Assembly: GCA_963796965.1 (NCBI GenBank)
Contig: CAWCNS010000007.1
Coordinates: 288,001-352,000, forward strand
Length of the DNA stretch: 64,000 nucleotides
Origin: Calditrichia bacterium
GTDB taxonomy: Bacteria; Calditrichota; Calditrichia; JAJRVZ01
Direction: 5' to 3'
Numbering within the stretch: position 1 is the stretch's first letter; each line of letters starts with the position of its first letter. Positions 1 through 11,024 of the stretch are shown here, piece by piece. The translations under genes and the position numbers were made by a program. The notes under the pieces are model-generated. The model saw only the letters and a program-made list of their open reading frames with translations, was not told where the DNA came from and did no database searches.

Positions 1-413
1 TTCGGTATCGGGATGAGGGAAATGAAGAAAGCACCTATGATGTAAAAGTGCCTCCATTTGCAAAAGATGTTCTCGCCTCATTTTATTATATAAGAACACA
101 ACCTCTGCGCGTTGGTGACATAATCAGTATGACAAATCACGACAACAAAAAATTTTATGATCTTGAAGTACATGTCTATATGCGTGAAACGGTCAATACG
201 GCTGCTGGTGAATTTAAATGTCTTAAAATAGAACCCCTGTTAAAAGGTGAGGGAATTTTTCAGCAAAAAGGCAGATTGCTTGTTTGGGTGACAAATGATG
301 AGTATAAAATACCTGTTCAAATGACCTCCGAGATAACTGTTGGGCATATTACAGTCGATTTAGAGAAGATTGAAGGTATCAAAGGCAAAATCCCCTCACA
401 AATCTCCGATTAA
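1..413 (+). CDS. DUF3108-like protein, C-terminal part (5' end outside window)
   Basis: Frame open from base 3; motifs YYIR, TAAGEFKCLKIEP, VWVTNDEYKIPV. Confidence 0.7.
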   Translation, partial: RYRDEGNEESTYDVKVPPFAKDVLASFYYIRTQPLRVGDIISMTNHDNKKFYDLEVHVYMRETVNTAAGEFKCLKIEPLLKGEGIFQQKGRLLVWVTNDEYKIPVQMTSEITVGHITVDLEKIEGIKGKIPSQISD

Positions 414-460
414 AATCATTCCTGAAGTACCCGCCATATTCCTTTACACACATACAGATA

Positions 461-626
461 TTCTCGCAAAAACGAGGAAATATTTAATACAAAATTCAAA
501 ATTGGTCAAATATTTATTTGAACCAGAAAAAACAATATTAAAAATCTATAAAATATTCATGGAATTTGAGATAATTCAGGCAATCCGTGTATATGTTTTC
601 TTTGCGTCTCCGCGTCTTTGCGAGAT
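461..626. repeat. Composite intergenic repeat cassette (inward-facing family-A arms)
   Basis: TTCTCGCAAAAACG at 461 and CTTTGCGTCTCCGCGTCTTTGCGAGA at 600-625 around an AT-rich core. Confidence 0.7.
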
Positions 627-734
627 ATAATTTTTTACTTTTTTGATTTTTACGGAATAAAACCCCCTTGAAAAATCGTATTATGGACTGAGTATAATTA
701 TCAAATCAAAATAAAAAGAAAAAGGAGAATAAAA

Positions 735-1346
735 ATGTCACACACATTACCCGAATTACCATACGCATATGATGCCTTAGAGCCCTATGTAGATAAACAA
801 ACGATGGAGATTCATCACCAAAAACACCATGCCGCATATATTGCAAAACTCAATGCTGCCCTTGAATCTCATCCTGATCTTCAGGAAAAGAGTGTTGAAG
901 ATTTATTAAAGAATTTATCAGCATTACCTGAAAGCATTCAAACGGCTGTCAGAAATAATGGCGGTGGTCACTATAATCACACCATATTCTGGAATATAAT
1001 GGGTCCGAACTCAGGTGGGGATCCCGCCGGTGACCTTTCTACAGCGATTGACGATAAATTTGGTTCATTTGCAGCCTTTAAAGAAGAGTTCGCCGGTGCT
1101 GCCGCAAATCGTTTTGGCAGCGGTTGGGCATGGTTAGTCTTGGATTCTTCCTCAAATCTGGCTGTTATGTCAAGTCCCAATCAGGACAATCCTGTATCCG
1201 AAGGTTTTAAACCTCTTATGGGGCTCGATGTTTGGGAGCATGCCTATTACCTGAAATACCAAAACCGCCGTCCAGAGTATATTGAGAATTGGTGGAATGT
1301 TGTAAATTGGCGTGTGGTCGGCGAGCGTTATGAATCGATGAAATAA
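735..1346 (+). CDS. sodA: Superoxide dismutase, Mn-type signature
   Basis: [35 protein letters not shown]. Confidence 0.95.
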   Translation: MSHTLPELPYAYDALEPYVDKQTMEIHHQKHHAAYIAKLNAALESHPDLQEKSVEDLLKNLSALPESIQTAVRNNGGGHYNHTIFWNIMGPNSGGDPAGDLSTAIDDKFGSFAAFKEEFAGAAANRFGSGWAWLVLDSSSNLAVMSSPNQDNPVSEGFKPLMGLDVWEHAYYLKYQNRRPEYIENWWNVVNWRVVGERYESMK

Positions 1347-1405
1347 TATAGTTTGATCATAAAGGGCAGGGTACCCTGGGTATCATAGTCCGAATTCCCT
1401 CATTT

Positions 1406-1437
1406 TAGTGGCCGTTATCCAGCGGCCACTACTATTT
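1406..1437 (+). terminator. Hairpin downstream of sodA, probable intrinsic terminator
   Basis: TAGTGGCCG-N8-CGGCCACTA followed by a weak T-rich tail. Confidence 0.55.
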
Positions 1438-1605
1438 ACTGCAAATTCCGATTTTTTTAATACTCAAATCTTATTATCAGATCTAAATACACTTTTGTAC
1501 ATTTAAATATTCAGACTTTATTGCTAAATTCATTTAAATATCTTCAGACTTTATTTGTTTGTATTTTACATTATTTAAACAATTCTTAGCACACGGGAGG
1601 AATAT

Positions 1606-2310
1606 ATGCCTGGAGTCGGCACATTGCTTAATGTGATCACTGTATTAATAGGAGTACTGATTGGCCTCACATTACGTCATAGGTTAGGAGATACTTATAA
1701 GTCAATAATACTACAGGGTATTGGCCTCCTAACAATTGTGATAGGTATGCAGATGGCTCTAAATACTAAGAATATCCTAATCGTTTTATCTTCAGTTTTA
1801 TTGGGTGGATTAACAGGCCAAATCGCTAACCTTGATGATAAAATATCAAAATTTGCAGATTTTTTAAAAAAGAAATATGCCCGCGAAGACGATAAATTTT
1901 TTAGCGAAGGATTTATTACGGCCAGTATCATTTTTTGTATAGGACCTATGACTATTCTTGGGTCGATAAATGATGGATTGCGCGCTGATATTGATTTATT
2001 AGCCTTGAAATCGGTGTTGGATGGATTTACTTCTATTGCCTTAGCGGCATCTTTTGGTATAGGTGTTCTCTTTTCAATTTTTACAATTATTATTATTCAG
2101 GGCGGGATTACAGCATTAGCCTTCTTTTTTGATCAATTCCTGAACGACTATATGATAAATGAGATGACCGCAGTCGGTGGTATTCTTATTATTGGTATTG
2201 GGTTAATAATTTTAGATATCAAAAAAATTAATGTGGCAAACTTTATACCTGCTCTGGTATTTGCACCTTTTATTTCAGCAATTTATTTATACTTAAAGGG
2301 TATGATGTAG
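1606..2310 (+). CDS. DUF554 family membrane protein
   Basis: GTLLNV, GFITASIIFCIGPMTILGS, KSVLDG motifs; GGAGG RBS. Confidence 0.88.
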   Translation: MPGVGTLLNVITVLIGVLIGLTLRHRLGDTYKSIILQGIGLLTIVIGMQMALNTKNILIVLSSVLLGGLTGQIANLDDKISKFADFLKKKYAREDDKFFSEGFITASIIFCIGPMTILGSINDGLRADIDLLALKSVLDGFTSIALAASFGIGVLFSIFTIIIIQGGITALAFFFDQFLNDYMINEMTAVGGILIIGIGLIILDIKKINVANFIPALVFAPFISAIYLYLKGMM

Positions 2311-2454
2311 TTATATTTGTAACCAATTCATAAGCATTGCTGTTAAGTAAATGAAATAGTATATGGCGAAAGATTCGCGCTTAGCTAATTACAGTATGCT
2401 AATCTCTCTGCGCCATGCATGTTTAATACTTAAATTGTACGGATACAGTAAATA

Positions 2455-3789
2455 GTGAAAAAACTTGGTTTTGCGGCAACTTTAACTCTGGTTGTCGGTA
2501 ATATAATTGGTGTTGGAATATTTACAACAACAGGATACATAACCACTTACCTCGATTCACCTATTTTAATTCTCCTGGCCTGGTTGGTTGGGGCTTTCTA
2601 TGCTGTTTCTGGTGCACGGGTTTATAGCATATTAACAGCAGCTTATCCTCTGTCGGGTGGAGATTACCAATATTTAAATAGAGAGATTCACCCCCTTGCT
2701 GGGTATATTTTTGGCTGGTCTGCCTTCTTCATTACCTATTCCGGTTCAATTGCTGCACTTGCTATCGCCTCAGCCTATTATCTACTGGGAATTGTAAATA
2801 TCGCGAATGCTGACTATACTTTTATTCTCATTTCATTCGGTTCATATCAAGTGGAATATACCCATCTTAAAACGATTGCGATCTTATTGATATTTGTCTT
2901 TAGTTTTATAAACTACCGTGGTATTGCATTATCTGGAAAATACCAGATAAGTTTAACCTTTACTGTCTTTATTTTATTAGTTTTCTTTACTTTAGCAGGT
3001 TTTCTCTCTCCAAGTGCAGACTATGGATATTTATCAGTTGGCGTCTCTCGCCAGGTTGATCTATCTGGATTCTTAATTGCTTTAATAGCTGTTTTATTTT
3101 CATATTCTGGCTGGACAACCGCTGTCTATGTTGCCGAGGAGGTGGATAAACCCAGGGTAACCATACCCAGGGCGCTTCACCTAGGTGTAATTATAGTTGG
3201 GGGGCTGTATCTATTGATAAATTTTATTTATTTAATTTCGGTGCCTATAGAGGAAATGGAAGGAGTTGTTAACATTGCATCTTTGGTGTTTCAGAGATTA
3301 TGGGGCGATAAGGGTGCCCTGATAATTTCAATTATTATTTTGGTGGCAATATTTAGTTCTCTAAACTCAACTATACTATCAGGCCCTAGGATCTACCAGG
3401 CGATGGGGAGGGAAGGTCTGTTCTTCGGGAAAACTGAAAAACTTCATAGAATATATGGATCTCCTCATATAGCAATTTTTCTACAAATGTCTTGGAGCGT
3501 ATTACTCGTTATGAGCGGTGGCTTTAATCAACTATTATCGTTTGTTGTCTTCGTAATGATTCTATTTTCATTTATTGCAGCAATGATCAGCTTCAAAATC
3601 ATTTTGCGAAACAAGCAATTAAAAGGATTAAATTTGGCTGCAATTTCTTTTTATGGTCTTTTTTGCCTGATAATGATGATAAATACACTGGTTGAGAAGC
3701 CTACGGAGTCAGTTCTCGGTATTATTTTACTTTTACCGGCCCTACCTTTTTATTATTTTGAAAAGAAGGTGAGCCAGAAATGGAAATGA
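2455..3789 (+). CDS. APC-family amino acid permease
   Basis: GNIIGVGIF TM1, GGDYQY, FSYSGW; about 12 hydrophobic segments. Confidence 0.88.
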   Translation: MKKLGFAATLTLVVGNIIGVGIFTTTGYITTYLDSPILILLAWLVGAFYAVSGARVYSILTAAYPLSGGDYQYLNREIHPLAGYIFGWSAFFITYSGSIAALAIASAYYLLGIVNIANADYTFILISFGSYQVEYTHLKTIAILLIFVFSFINYRGIALSGKYQISLTFTVFILLVFFTLAGFLSPSADYGYLSVGVSRQVDLSGFLIALIAVLFSYSGWTTAVYVAEEVDKPRVTIPRALHLGVIIVGGLYLLINFIYLISVPIEEMEGVVNIASLVFQRLWGDKGALIISIIILVAIFSSLNSTILSGPRIYQAMGREGLFFGKTEKLHRIYGSPHIAIFLQMSWSVLLVMSGGFNQLLSFVVFVMILFSFIAAMISFKIILRNKQLKGLNLAAISFYGLFCLIMMINTLVEKPTESVLGIILLLPALPFYYFEKKVSQKWK

Positions 3790-3859
3790 TCTAAATATAA
3801 GATTTTATCGAATTTATACTTGCAACGACTGTTATCATTATGTAAATTTTCAAGTTATG

Positions 3860-3888
3860 AAAAGTGGGTTAAAATGCCCACTTTTTTG
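3860..3888 (+). promoter_or_regulatory. rimP leader-like hairpin
   Basis: AAAAGTGGGT-N6-GCCCACTTTT plus T tract just upstream of the rimP ATG at 3907. Confidence 0.65.
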
Positions 3889-3906
3889 TTATGTAGAGAA
3901 TTGATA

Positions 3907-4359
3907 ATGAGTAGCAAAGAAACTGAAATATTCCAGTTGATTGAGCCGGTCTGCAATGATCAGGGTATTTTTTTATCAGATATCTCAATTCATAGCGGTG
4001 GTAAAAACACCACAGTTAAGGTAATTGTTGATACTGAACCTGGTGTTACGCTCAATCAATGTCAGGAATTAAGTAAAAAGATTGCGGATATATTTTACCG
4101 TAGGGACATGTTTAAGGGCGCCTATCGACTAGAGGTATCTTCTCCGGGAATAAATAAGCCCTTAGAACAGCCTTATGAATATAAACGGAACATTGGAAAG
4201 CAGTTGAAAGTTAACTATTTCAAGGGCAAGGATGAATGCTATGTTGAAGGAGATCTTCTTGCATATAATACGGAAGCAATTACTCTCAACTCTGATGGCA
4301 TGGAAATCCTGATTCCTTTAAAAGATATTGAACAGGCGAAAATTAAACTTAAATGGTAA
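3907..4359 (+). CDS. rimP: Ribosome maturation factor RimP
   Basis: YRLEVSSPG motif; precedes nusA; start moved to ATG 3907, after the leader hairpin. Confidence 0.92.
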   Translation: MSSKETEIFQLIEPVCNDQGIFLSDISIHSGGKNTTVKVIVDTEPGVTLNQCQELSKKIADIFYRRDMFKGAYRLEVSSPGINKPLEQPYEYKRNIGKQLKVNYFKGKDECYVEGDLLAYNTEAITLNSDGMEILIPLKDIEQAKIKLKW

Positions 4360-4383
4360 TAAATCTGGAGATCAGTAATATCA

Positions 4384-5652
4384 ATGAATAGTGAAATTAT
4401 TGAGGCAATTACTCAGATTGCCCGCGAAAAACGTATCGACAAAGATAATCTGCGCGATATGTTGGAAAATGTGTTCACTCAAATGATTGTAAAAAAATAC
4501 GGAACAGCTGATAATTTTGATGTGATTGTAAATATCGACAAGGGTGATATCGAGATTTATCAGGAAAAAACGATTGTTGAGGTTGTCGAGGATCCGGTTC
4601 AGGAGATTGACTTGCAGTCGGCAAGATTAATCGATCCGGATGCTGAAATTGGTGAAGATTTTGTTGAGGTTGTAAATCCTGAAGCATTTGGGAGAAGGTT
4701 GATTGTAACAGCCAAGCAGAATTTTAATCAGAAAATACGTGATTTTGAGAGAGAGCATATCCTGGAAGAATACCAAAATAGAATTGGTGAAATTATTATT
4801 GGTGATATACGCCAGGTGAGCAAGAGGGGACTTTTTATCAATGTGGACAAGACCGAAGTACTGTTGCCCAAAAGCGAGCAAATTCAGAATGAACGACTTC
4901 GCAGGGGTGATACGTTACGTGCAATTGTAAAAGAAGTCCGCAATGATACACGAGGTTCTGAGATAATTGTGTCTCGTGCCGATAAAAAGTTTTTAATTCG
5001 CCTCTTTGAACTCGAGGTACCAGAAATATATGATGGTATTGTCGAGATAAAGAATGTTGCCCGGGATGCTGGCGAGAGGTCTAAAATAGCCGTGGAGTCG
5101 ATTGACCGTCGCGTTGATGCCGTTGGTGCCTGTGTGGGGATGAAGGGTGTGCGCATTCAGGCAATAGTCCGTGAACTAAACAATGAAAAAATTGACATCA
5201 TTAATTTTTCTTCTGAGCCGGCAATCTTTGTTAGTCGGGCATTGACACCTGTTAAACCAGTAAAAATAATTGTTAATGATGACGATAAATTAGCCGTGGC
5301 AATCGTCGCTGATGAAGATATGGCACTTGCAATAGGCAGGAGTGGCCAAAATCTTAGGTTGGCATCGGCGCTAACAGGATACCAGATTGAACCGGTCAAA
5401 GAGAGTGAATATGAAGAGCAGGTGGATGAATCATACATGTCTATCGAAGAGATAGGAGGTCTGTCTGATGCTCTGGTGAAAAAATTGTCTGATGGTGATG
5501 TGCGAAGTAAGCGCGAGATATTAAAATTAGGTGTTGACGGTCTGGTTGGCGTGCCTGGGATTGGGGCCAAAACCGCGGAGAGGATACTCGAAATCGTAAG
5601 CAAATCATCAAATGAAGACAACGAGGAAGTAGAAAAAGAGTCGGCCGTTTAG
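4384..5652 (+). CDS. nusA: Transcription termination factor NusA
   Basis: S1/KH motifs LFELEVPEI, GACVGMKG, AIGRSGQN; C-terminal HhH-like region. Confidence 0.97.
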   Translation: MNSEIIEAITQIAREKRIDKDNLRDMLENVFTQMIVKKYGTADNFDVIVNIDKGDIEIYQEKTIVEVVEDPVQEIDLQSARLIDPDAEIGEDFVEVVNPEAFGRRLIVTAKQNFNQKIRDFEREHILEEYQNRIGEIIIGDIRQVSKRGLFINVDKTEVLLPKSEQIQNERLRRGDTLRAIVKEVRNDTRGSEIIVSRADKKFLIRLFELEVPEIYDGIVEIKNVARDAGERSKIAVESIDRRVDAVGACVGMKGVRIQAIVRELNNEKIDIINFSSEPAIFVSRALTPVKPVKIIVNDDDKLAVAIVADEDMALAIGRSGQNLRLASALTGYQIEPVKESEYEEQVDESYMSIEEIGGLSDALVKKLSDGDVRSKREILKLGVDGLVGVPGIGAKTAERILEIVSKSSNEDNEEVEKESAV

Positions 5653-5732
5653 AGTTGTATTAAGAAAAGATATATATTCAAATTATCCATTAGGAGAAGT
5701 CTGGCAGGACTTTGTAAATCTTTGGAGTATCA

Positions 5733-8456
5733 ATGACAGTTGCAGTAAAGAAATACAAACTTTTTAAGGTTTGTAAAGAGTTAAATGTTGGCATGGACAC
5801 CGTTCGGCCTTTCTTGGAAGATAGGGGCCTAAAAGTCTCCGGACCCAATACGTCAATCCCTGAGGAAGTATATCAGGAGATACTGAAAAATTTTTCACGG
5901 GAAAAAGAGATTGCTGATCAATTGCATTTTCGTAAAAGCCATTCTGATGATGACGATCAACAAGATGTTGAAGCAACTTCTTCAAGTGAAGAGCCGGAAA
6001 AATCTATATATGTCCAGGCAATAGAACGATCTATTGAAGAGCGAATGGAAGAAATAATTCGTGATGAAGAGGTATCCGATTCTGCACCTGCCAAGAAAAA
6101 AACAAAATCAAAAAAAGAACCTGGCATTATTGAGGATGGCGAAGAATTTGGTGATGAGGTTGTAGAAAAAGCAAAAGAGATTATCGATGAGTCTGTCGAA
6201 GCACCTGTTATGGAGCAGCCCGATGAGAAAACAGAAGAGGTTACAGAGGATGTGACTAATCAGGGAGATGATGCTAAATCTGAAGTTTCAGAAGTTGTAA
6301 AAGAACCTGAAAAGAAAAAATCTGCCGTTCTCCGCAAGATTGATCTTGACAGTATAGAAGATGTCGATAAGAAAAAACGTAAAACAAAGGCAAAAGATAG
6401 AGTTGCGACAACCCGTGAAGATGCTAAAAAGGAAAAGGATGAAAAACGTCGCAAAGCATTGGAAATGATTCGCAAGGATGAAAAACGGAAAAAGCGAGTG
6501 CTGCGACCAGGAGAAACGGAGCAGGTCGAACAGCCTAAGCGCCAAAGAGCGAAAAAACAAAAGAGGAAATCTGTTGATCAGAAGGAAGTGCAGGATACGG
6601 TAAAAAAGACATTGGCGACGATCGATGATCGCCTGAAAAAACCAAGAAAGAGAAGAAAAATTAAAGAAGATACCGGCGAGGTTGTTGAAGAGAATATTAT
6701 TTACGCCAGTGAGTTTATTTCTGCAAGTGATTTGGCAAATCTCATGGATGTGCCTGCGGGTGAAATTATCACAAAATGTCTTGAGCTGGGTCTTGTGGTT
6801 TCTATAAATCAACGTCTGGACATCGATACAATAGAATTGCTTGCCGGTGAATGGGATTATACAGTTGTCAAAGAAGAAGAATATGCTGCAGATCTGCTGG
6901 AGGAGATTGAGGATCAGGATTCCGATCTTGAAGACAAAGATGTACGATCGCCGATTGTTACGATTATGGGCCATGTTGACCACGGTAAAACGTCACTACT
7001 TGATTTTATCCGTAAGACCAATGTCGTTGATGGAGAATCTGGAGGTATTACCCAGCATATTGGAGCCTATGAGGTTGATAGAGACGGTAATAAAATTACA
7101 TTCTTGGATACGCCGGGCCATGAAGCCTTTACGGCAATGAGAGCAAGAGGGGCTCAGGTAACGGATATCGTTATTTTGATCATTGCTGCTGATGATGAAG
7201 TGAAGCCACAAACCGACGAGGCGATTGATCATGCTAAAGCAGCGGGGGTAAAATTAATTATCGCTATTAATAAAATAGATAAGCCAGAGGCTAATACTGA
7301 AAGAATAAAACAACAGTCTTTCGGAAAGGAACATCCTTGTGGAAGACTGGGGTGGCGAGTACCAGATAGCAGAGATCTCTGCAAAAACAGGTGCCGGAAT
7401 CGATGAATTGCTGGAGAAGGTATTAGTGGAAGCCGATATGCTTGACCTTAAAGCCAATAAGAATAAAAAAGCTATTGGGACGGTTATTGAGTCCCGGTTG
7501 GATAAAGGAAAGGGTGTAATAGCCTCTGTGTTGGTTCAAAATGGGACTCTGAATATTGGTGATCCCTTTATTGCGGGTCAATATTCAGGAAAAGTTCGCG
7601 CATTGTTAAATGATTCAATGAGTCGTATCAAGTCCGCTGGTCCTTCCCAACCTGTTCAAGTGTTGGGTTTTGATGGTTTGCCTCAGGCGGGCGATCGATT
7701 TGTTGTTATGGCAGAGGAGCATTCCGTTAAAGAAATCAGCGCTAAACGTCAGCGTATTAAGCGGGAGCAGGATTTTAGACAGGTCAAACTGATTACCCTG
7801 GATCAGATTTCTGAGAGTATAAAAATTGGTGGAGTTAAAGAGACTTGGTGTGATTGTTAAAGCTGATGTTGATGGTTCGGCCGAAGCGTTGGCTGACTCC
7901 TTGTTGAAAATGAAGCACCCCGGAAGTCAATATACTTGTAATAAGAAAGGCTGTTGGCCCAATTTCTGAGTCCGATGTAATTTTAGCGACTGCATCAAAT
8001 GCGATTATTGTGGCATTCCACGTGCGTGCCAATAATAAAGCGAAAGAAATGGCAGTTAATGAAAAAGTGGAAATTCGCTACTATAAAGTTGTTTATGATG
8101 CCATTAATGATGTTCGTCTTGCCTTGGAAGGATTACTTGGTACAGAAAAGACAGAAGAAAATGTTGGTACGGTTGAAATTAGAGAGACATTTAAAATATC
8201 TACGATTTGGAACAATTGCCGGATGTCAGGTTAAATCCGGGAAAATAACCCGAAACTCAAGAATTCGTTTATTTCGTGATGATGTCGAAGTATATGAGGG
8301 TACATTGAGTCCCTGAAACGCTTTAAAGATGACGCCAAAGAGGTCCTTTCAGGGTTTGAATGCGGTCTGCAAATTCATAATTACAATGATATCAAAGTAG
8401 GTGATATTATTGAGGTTTTTGAGATAAAAGAAACAAAACGAACACTTGACGGTTAG
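5733..8456 (+). CDS. infB: Translation initiation factor IF-2, broken by five apparent 1-nt indels (~7317, 7843, 7913-7921, 8202, 8310)
   Basis: [17 protein letters not shown]; reading continues across frames to SLKRFKDD...ECG...TAG 8456. Confidence 0.93.
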
Positions 8457-8460
8457 AAAA

Positions 8461-8742
8461 ATGCACGTTGGCGTACTGGTCATTGAAATAATGATATATT
8501 CGAGTAGTTCTCTTAAAGAAAAGAGATTTGTGCTCAACAGTATCAGAGATCGGGTAAAAAGGAAATTTAATGTTTCCATTTCTGAAATTGGATACCAGGA
8601 TAAGTGGCAAAGAGCACAAATTGGAATTGCCACCATTAGTAATGAATATTCCCATACAGAGCAATCGTTGCAGAAAGTGTTCCAATTTTTAGATCGTTCT
8701 GATGATTATGAAATAATTTCTTACGATTATAGTTATTCTTAA
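8461..8742 (+). CDS. DUF503 (YlxP-like) protein
   Basis: SLKEKR, FNVSISE, QDKWQ motifs; lies between infB and rbfA. Confidence 0.88.
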   Translation: MHVGVLVIEIMIYSSSSLKEKRFVLNSIRDRVKRKFNVSISEIGYQDKWQRAQIGIATISNEYSHTEQSLQKVFQFLDRSDDYEIISYDYSYS

Positions 8743-8743
8743 T

Positions 8744-9106
8744 ATGACAGAAACAAATAGAAGATCACAGAAGGTTGCCAGCCAAATTAAAGAAAACCTG
8801 AGCTGGCTAATCGAGCATCAATTTAGGGATCCGGGTAAAGGATTTGTTACTGTTACCAAAGTCCGCCTTTCTCCTGACCTGAAGATAGCAAATGTATATT
8901 ATTCTGTTTTGGGAAAATCTGAGGATCGTAATTCTACCGATAAGGCGTTAAAAAGGGGCAGATCCTATTTGCGTCGTGAATTAGGCAATAGAGTAAAACT
9001 TCGGTTTTTACCGGAATTGAGATTTTTTTACGATGATTCGTTAGAGTATTCTGATAGAATTGCCCAATTGCTGAATAAGATACATAAAAATGAGAATAAT
9101 CAGTAA
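8744..9106 (+). CDS. rbfA: Ribosome-binding factor A
   Basis: VTKVRLSPDLK, LRFLPELRFFYD. Confidence 0.95.
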   Translation: MTETNRRSQKVASQIKENLSWLIEHQFRDPGKGFVTVTKVRLSPDLKIANVYYSVLGKSEDRNSTDKALKRGRSYLRRELGNRVKLRFLPELRFFYDDSLEYSDRIAQLLNKIHKNENNQ

Positions 9107-9794
9107 AGATACAATTGATTCTCACCGGGACAAGACGGCTGATAATATCATACTCATTGATAAGCCGGAAGGCTGGTCCTCATTTGATGTTGTAAAAAAA
9201 ATCAGATATTTGACGGGGATAAAAAAAGTAGGGCATGGCGGTACCCTCGATCCTTTTGCCACAGGGCTGCTGATCATTGGTACAGGGAGGCAAACCAAGT
9301 CTCTTACCGGGATAAGCAATGCAGCGAAGGAGTACATGGCCGGAATTGAAATGGGAAAAAGTACTGACACATATGATGGTACAGGTGAAATTAAAGAGTC
9401 TTTTCCCGATACAGATCTGTCAAAAATTGATTTCGAAGCCGTGTTGAGCTCATTTAAAGGAGAAATTGAACAGATCCCACCAATGTTTTCAGCAAAAAAA
9501 ATTAATGGAAAACGCTTGTACAAACTTGCACGACAGGGTAAAGAAGTAGAGAGAAAACCTCAGAAAATAATTATATACGATATCTGGGAAGAGGGTAGGG
9601 ACAAGTCTCTCATAGATGTTTATGTTAAATGCTCAAAAGGTACTTATGTTCGTAGCCTGGCGCACGATATCGGACGTCAATGTGATAGCGGGGCCTTTCT
9701 TCGAACATTAAGACGAACGGCTGTGGATGATTTTCGTATCGAGGACGCACTGTCAATTCAGGTTTTTGAGCAATATTGGAAGAATTTGAATTAG
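9090..9794 (+). CDS. truB: tRNA pseudouridine-55 synthase (short form)
   Basis: GHGGTLDPFATG, PPMFSA, CSKGTYVRSL. Confidence 0.96.
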   Translation: MRIISKDTIDSHRDKTADNIILIDKPEGWSSFDVVKKIRYLTGIKKVGHGGTLDPFATGLLIIGTGRQTKSLTGISNAAKEYMAGIEMGKSTDTYDGTGEIKESFPDTDLSKIDFEAVLSSFKGEIEQIPPMFSAKKINGKRLYKLARQGKEVERKPQKIIIYDIWEEGRDKSLIDVYVKCSKGTYVRSLAHDIGRQCDSGAFLRTLRRTAVDDFRIEDALSIQVFEQYWKNLN

Positions 9795-9797
9795 ATT

Positions 9798-10724
9798 ATG
9801 GAAGTAATATTTGGATTAGATAAGGAAATTACCGGTAAGAAATCAGTTTTAACTGTAGGTACCTTTGACGGAATTCACCTAGGGCATAGAGAGATCATAA
9901 AAGAGTTATTATCGATTGCCAAAGAAAGGGATTTAATATCTTCATTACTGACCTTTGAGCCCCATCCAAAAACAGTTGTCCAGGAATCACCGCATCGCAT
10001 TAAATTATTAACAACATTAGAAGAGAAGTTGGAAATTTTACATCAAATTGGTCTTGAGCGTGTCATTATAGCAAAATTTTCACGTGAATTCTCTGAAATG
10101 AATTACAAGGCATTTGTCGAAGAAATCTTATTGAATCGGTTGAAATCTGCCCATATAATAATTGGATATGATCATTCTTTTGGTAGAAATCGTGTGGGAA
10201 ATTTTAGAGAATTAGAGAACCTGAGTAATCTTTATTCTTTTAATTTAGAGGAGGTTGGCCCCTTTAAAATTGACAACCAGACAGTAAGTAGCACCCGCAT
10301 AAGGGCTTATATCGATGATGGTGATATGGAAAGCGCATCTAAAATGCTCGGCCACCGCTATTTTCTGGAAGGAATTGTCATTAAGGGGGAGGGCCGGGGG
10401 CAACGCTTATCTTTCCCAACTGCCAACCTCATGATCGAGAATCAAAATAAATTGATGCCCAAAGAGGGCGTATATGTTGTAGAATGTGACGTACAAGGCG
10501 ATAAATATCGCGGTATGGCTAATATAGGGTTTAAACCAACATTTGGAGGAGCCAGTCGCACGGTTGAGGTTCATATCTTTGATTTTAATAAAGATATTTA
10601 TGGAGAGAAAATTTCTGTATATTTTATTATGCGACTCCGAGATGAAGTGAAATTTGAAAATGAAAAACAATTGATAAAACAATTAAATATTGATAAAGAA
10701 AATAGTTATAAAATAAAAAATTAA
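9798..10724 (+). CDS. ribF: Bifunctional FAD synthetase/riboflavin kinase
   Basis: [28 protein letters not shown]. Confidence 0.96.
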   Translation: MEVIFGLDKEITGKKSVLTVGTFDGIHLGHREIIKELLSIAKERDLISSLLTFEPHPKTVVQESPHRIKLLTTLEEKLEILHQIGLERVIIAKFSREFSEMNYKAFVEEILLNRLKSAHIIIGYDHSFGRNRVGNFRELENLSNLYSFNLEEVGPFKIDNQTVSSTRIRAYIDDGDMESASKMLGHRYFLEGIVIKGEGRGQRLSFPTANLMIENQNKLMPKEGVYVVECDVQGDKYRGMANIGFKPTFGGASRTVEVHIFDFNKDIYGEKISVYFIMRLRDEVKFENEKQLIKQLNIDKENSYKIKN

Positions 10725-10740
10725 TTATTTGGAGGAAAAA

Positions 10741-11010
10741 ATGTCGTTGAACCAAGATCAGAAAAAAGAAGTTGTAAAAAAGTTCGGCGAAAGTGACGTA
10801 GACACCGGCAAAACTGAAGTGCAGGTGGCATTACTCTCAGAAAGAATTAAATATCTTACTGAACACTTTAAAACCCATAAAAAGGATCATCATTCACGGC
10901 GTGGGTTGTTGAAATTGGTAGGGCAGAGACGTCGTCTTCTCGACTATCTGGCAAAAAAAGACATTACACGTTACCGGAGCCTGGTAAAAGAACTTGGCAT
11001 TAGGCGGTAG
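10741..11010 (+). CDS. rpsO: 30S ribosomal protein S15
   Basis: [29 protein letters not shown] before ATG 10741. Confidence 0.97.
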   Translation: MSLNQDQKKEVVKKFGESDVDTGKTEVQVALLSERIKYLTEHFKTHKKDHHSRRGLLKLVGQRRRLLDYLAKKDITRYRSLVKELGIRR

Positions 11011-11024
11011 AAACTGGAGGAAAA

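Noticed and set aside
370..630. 86-aa ORF, and similar ORFs at 16821-17048, 27016-27252, 63356-63568, 63522-63737
   Set aside because: They translate repeat arms (FASPRLCE, SRRDAKTQR, LCASAR) and show no family features.
5733..8456. infB as a pseudogene or programmed frameshift gene
   Set aside because: Essential gene with otherwise intact motifs, no slippery heptamers at most breaks, and the same indel context as unrelated genes.
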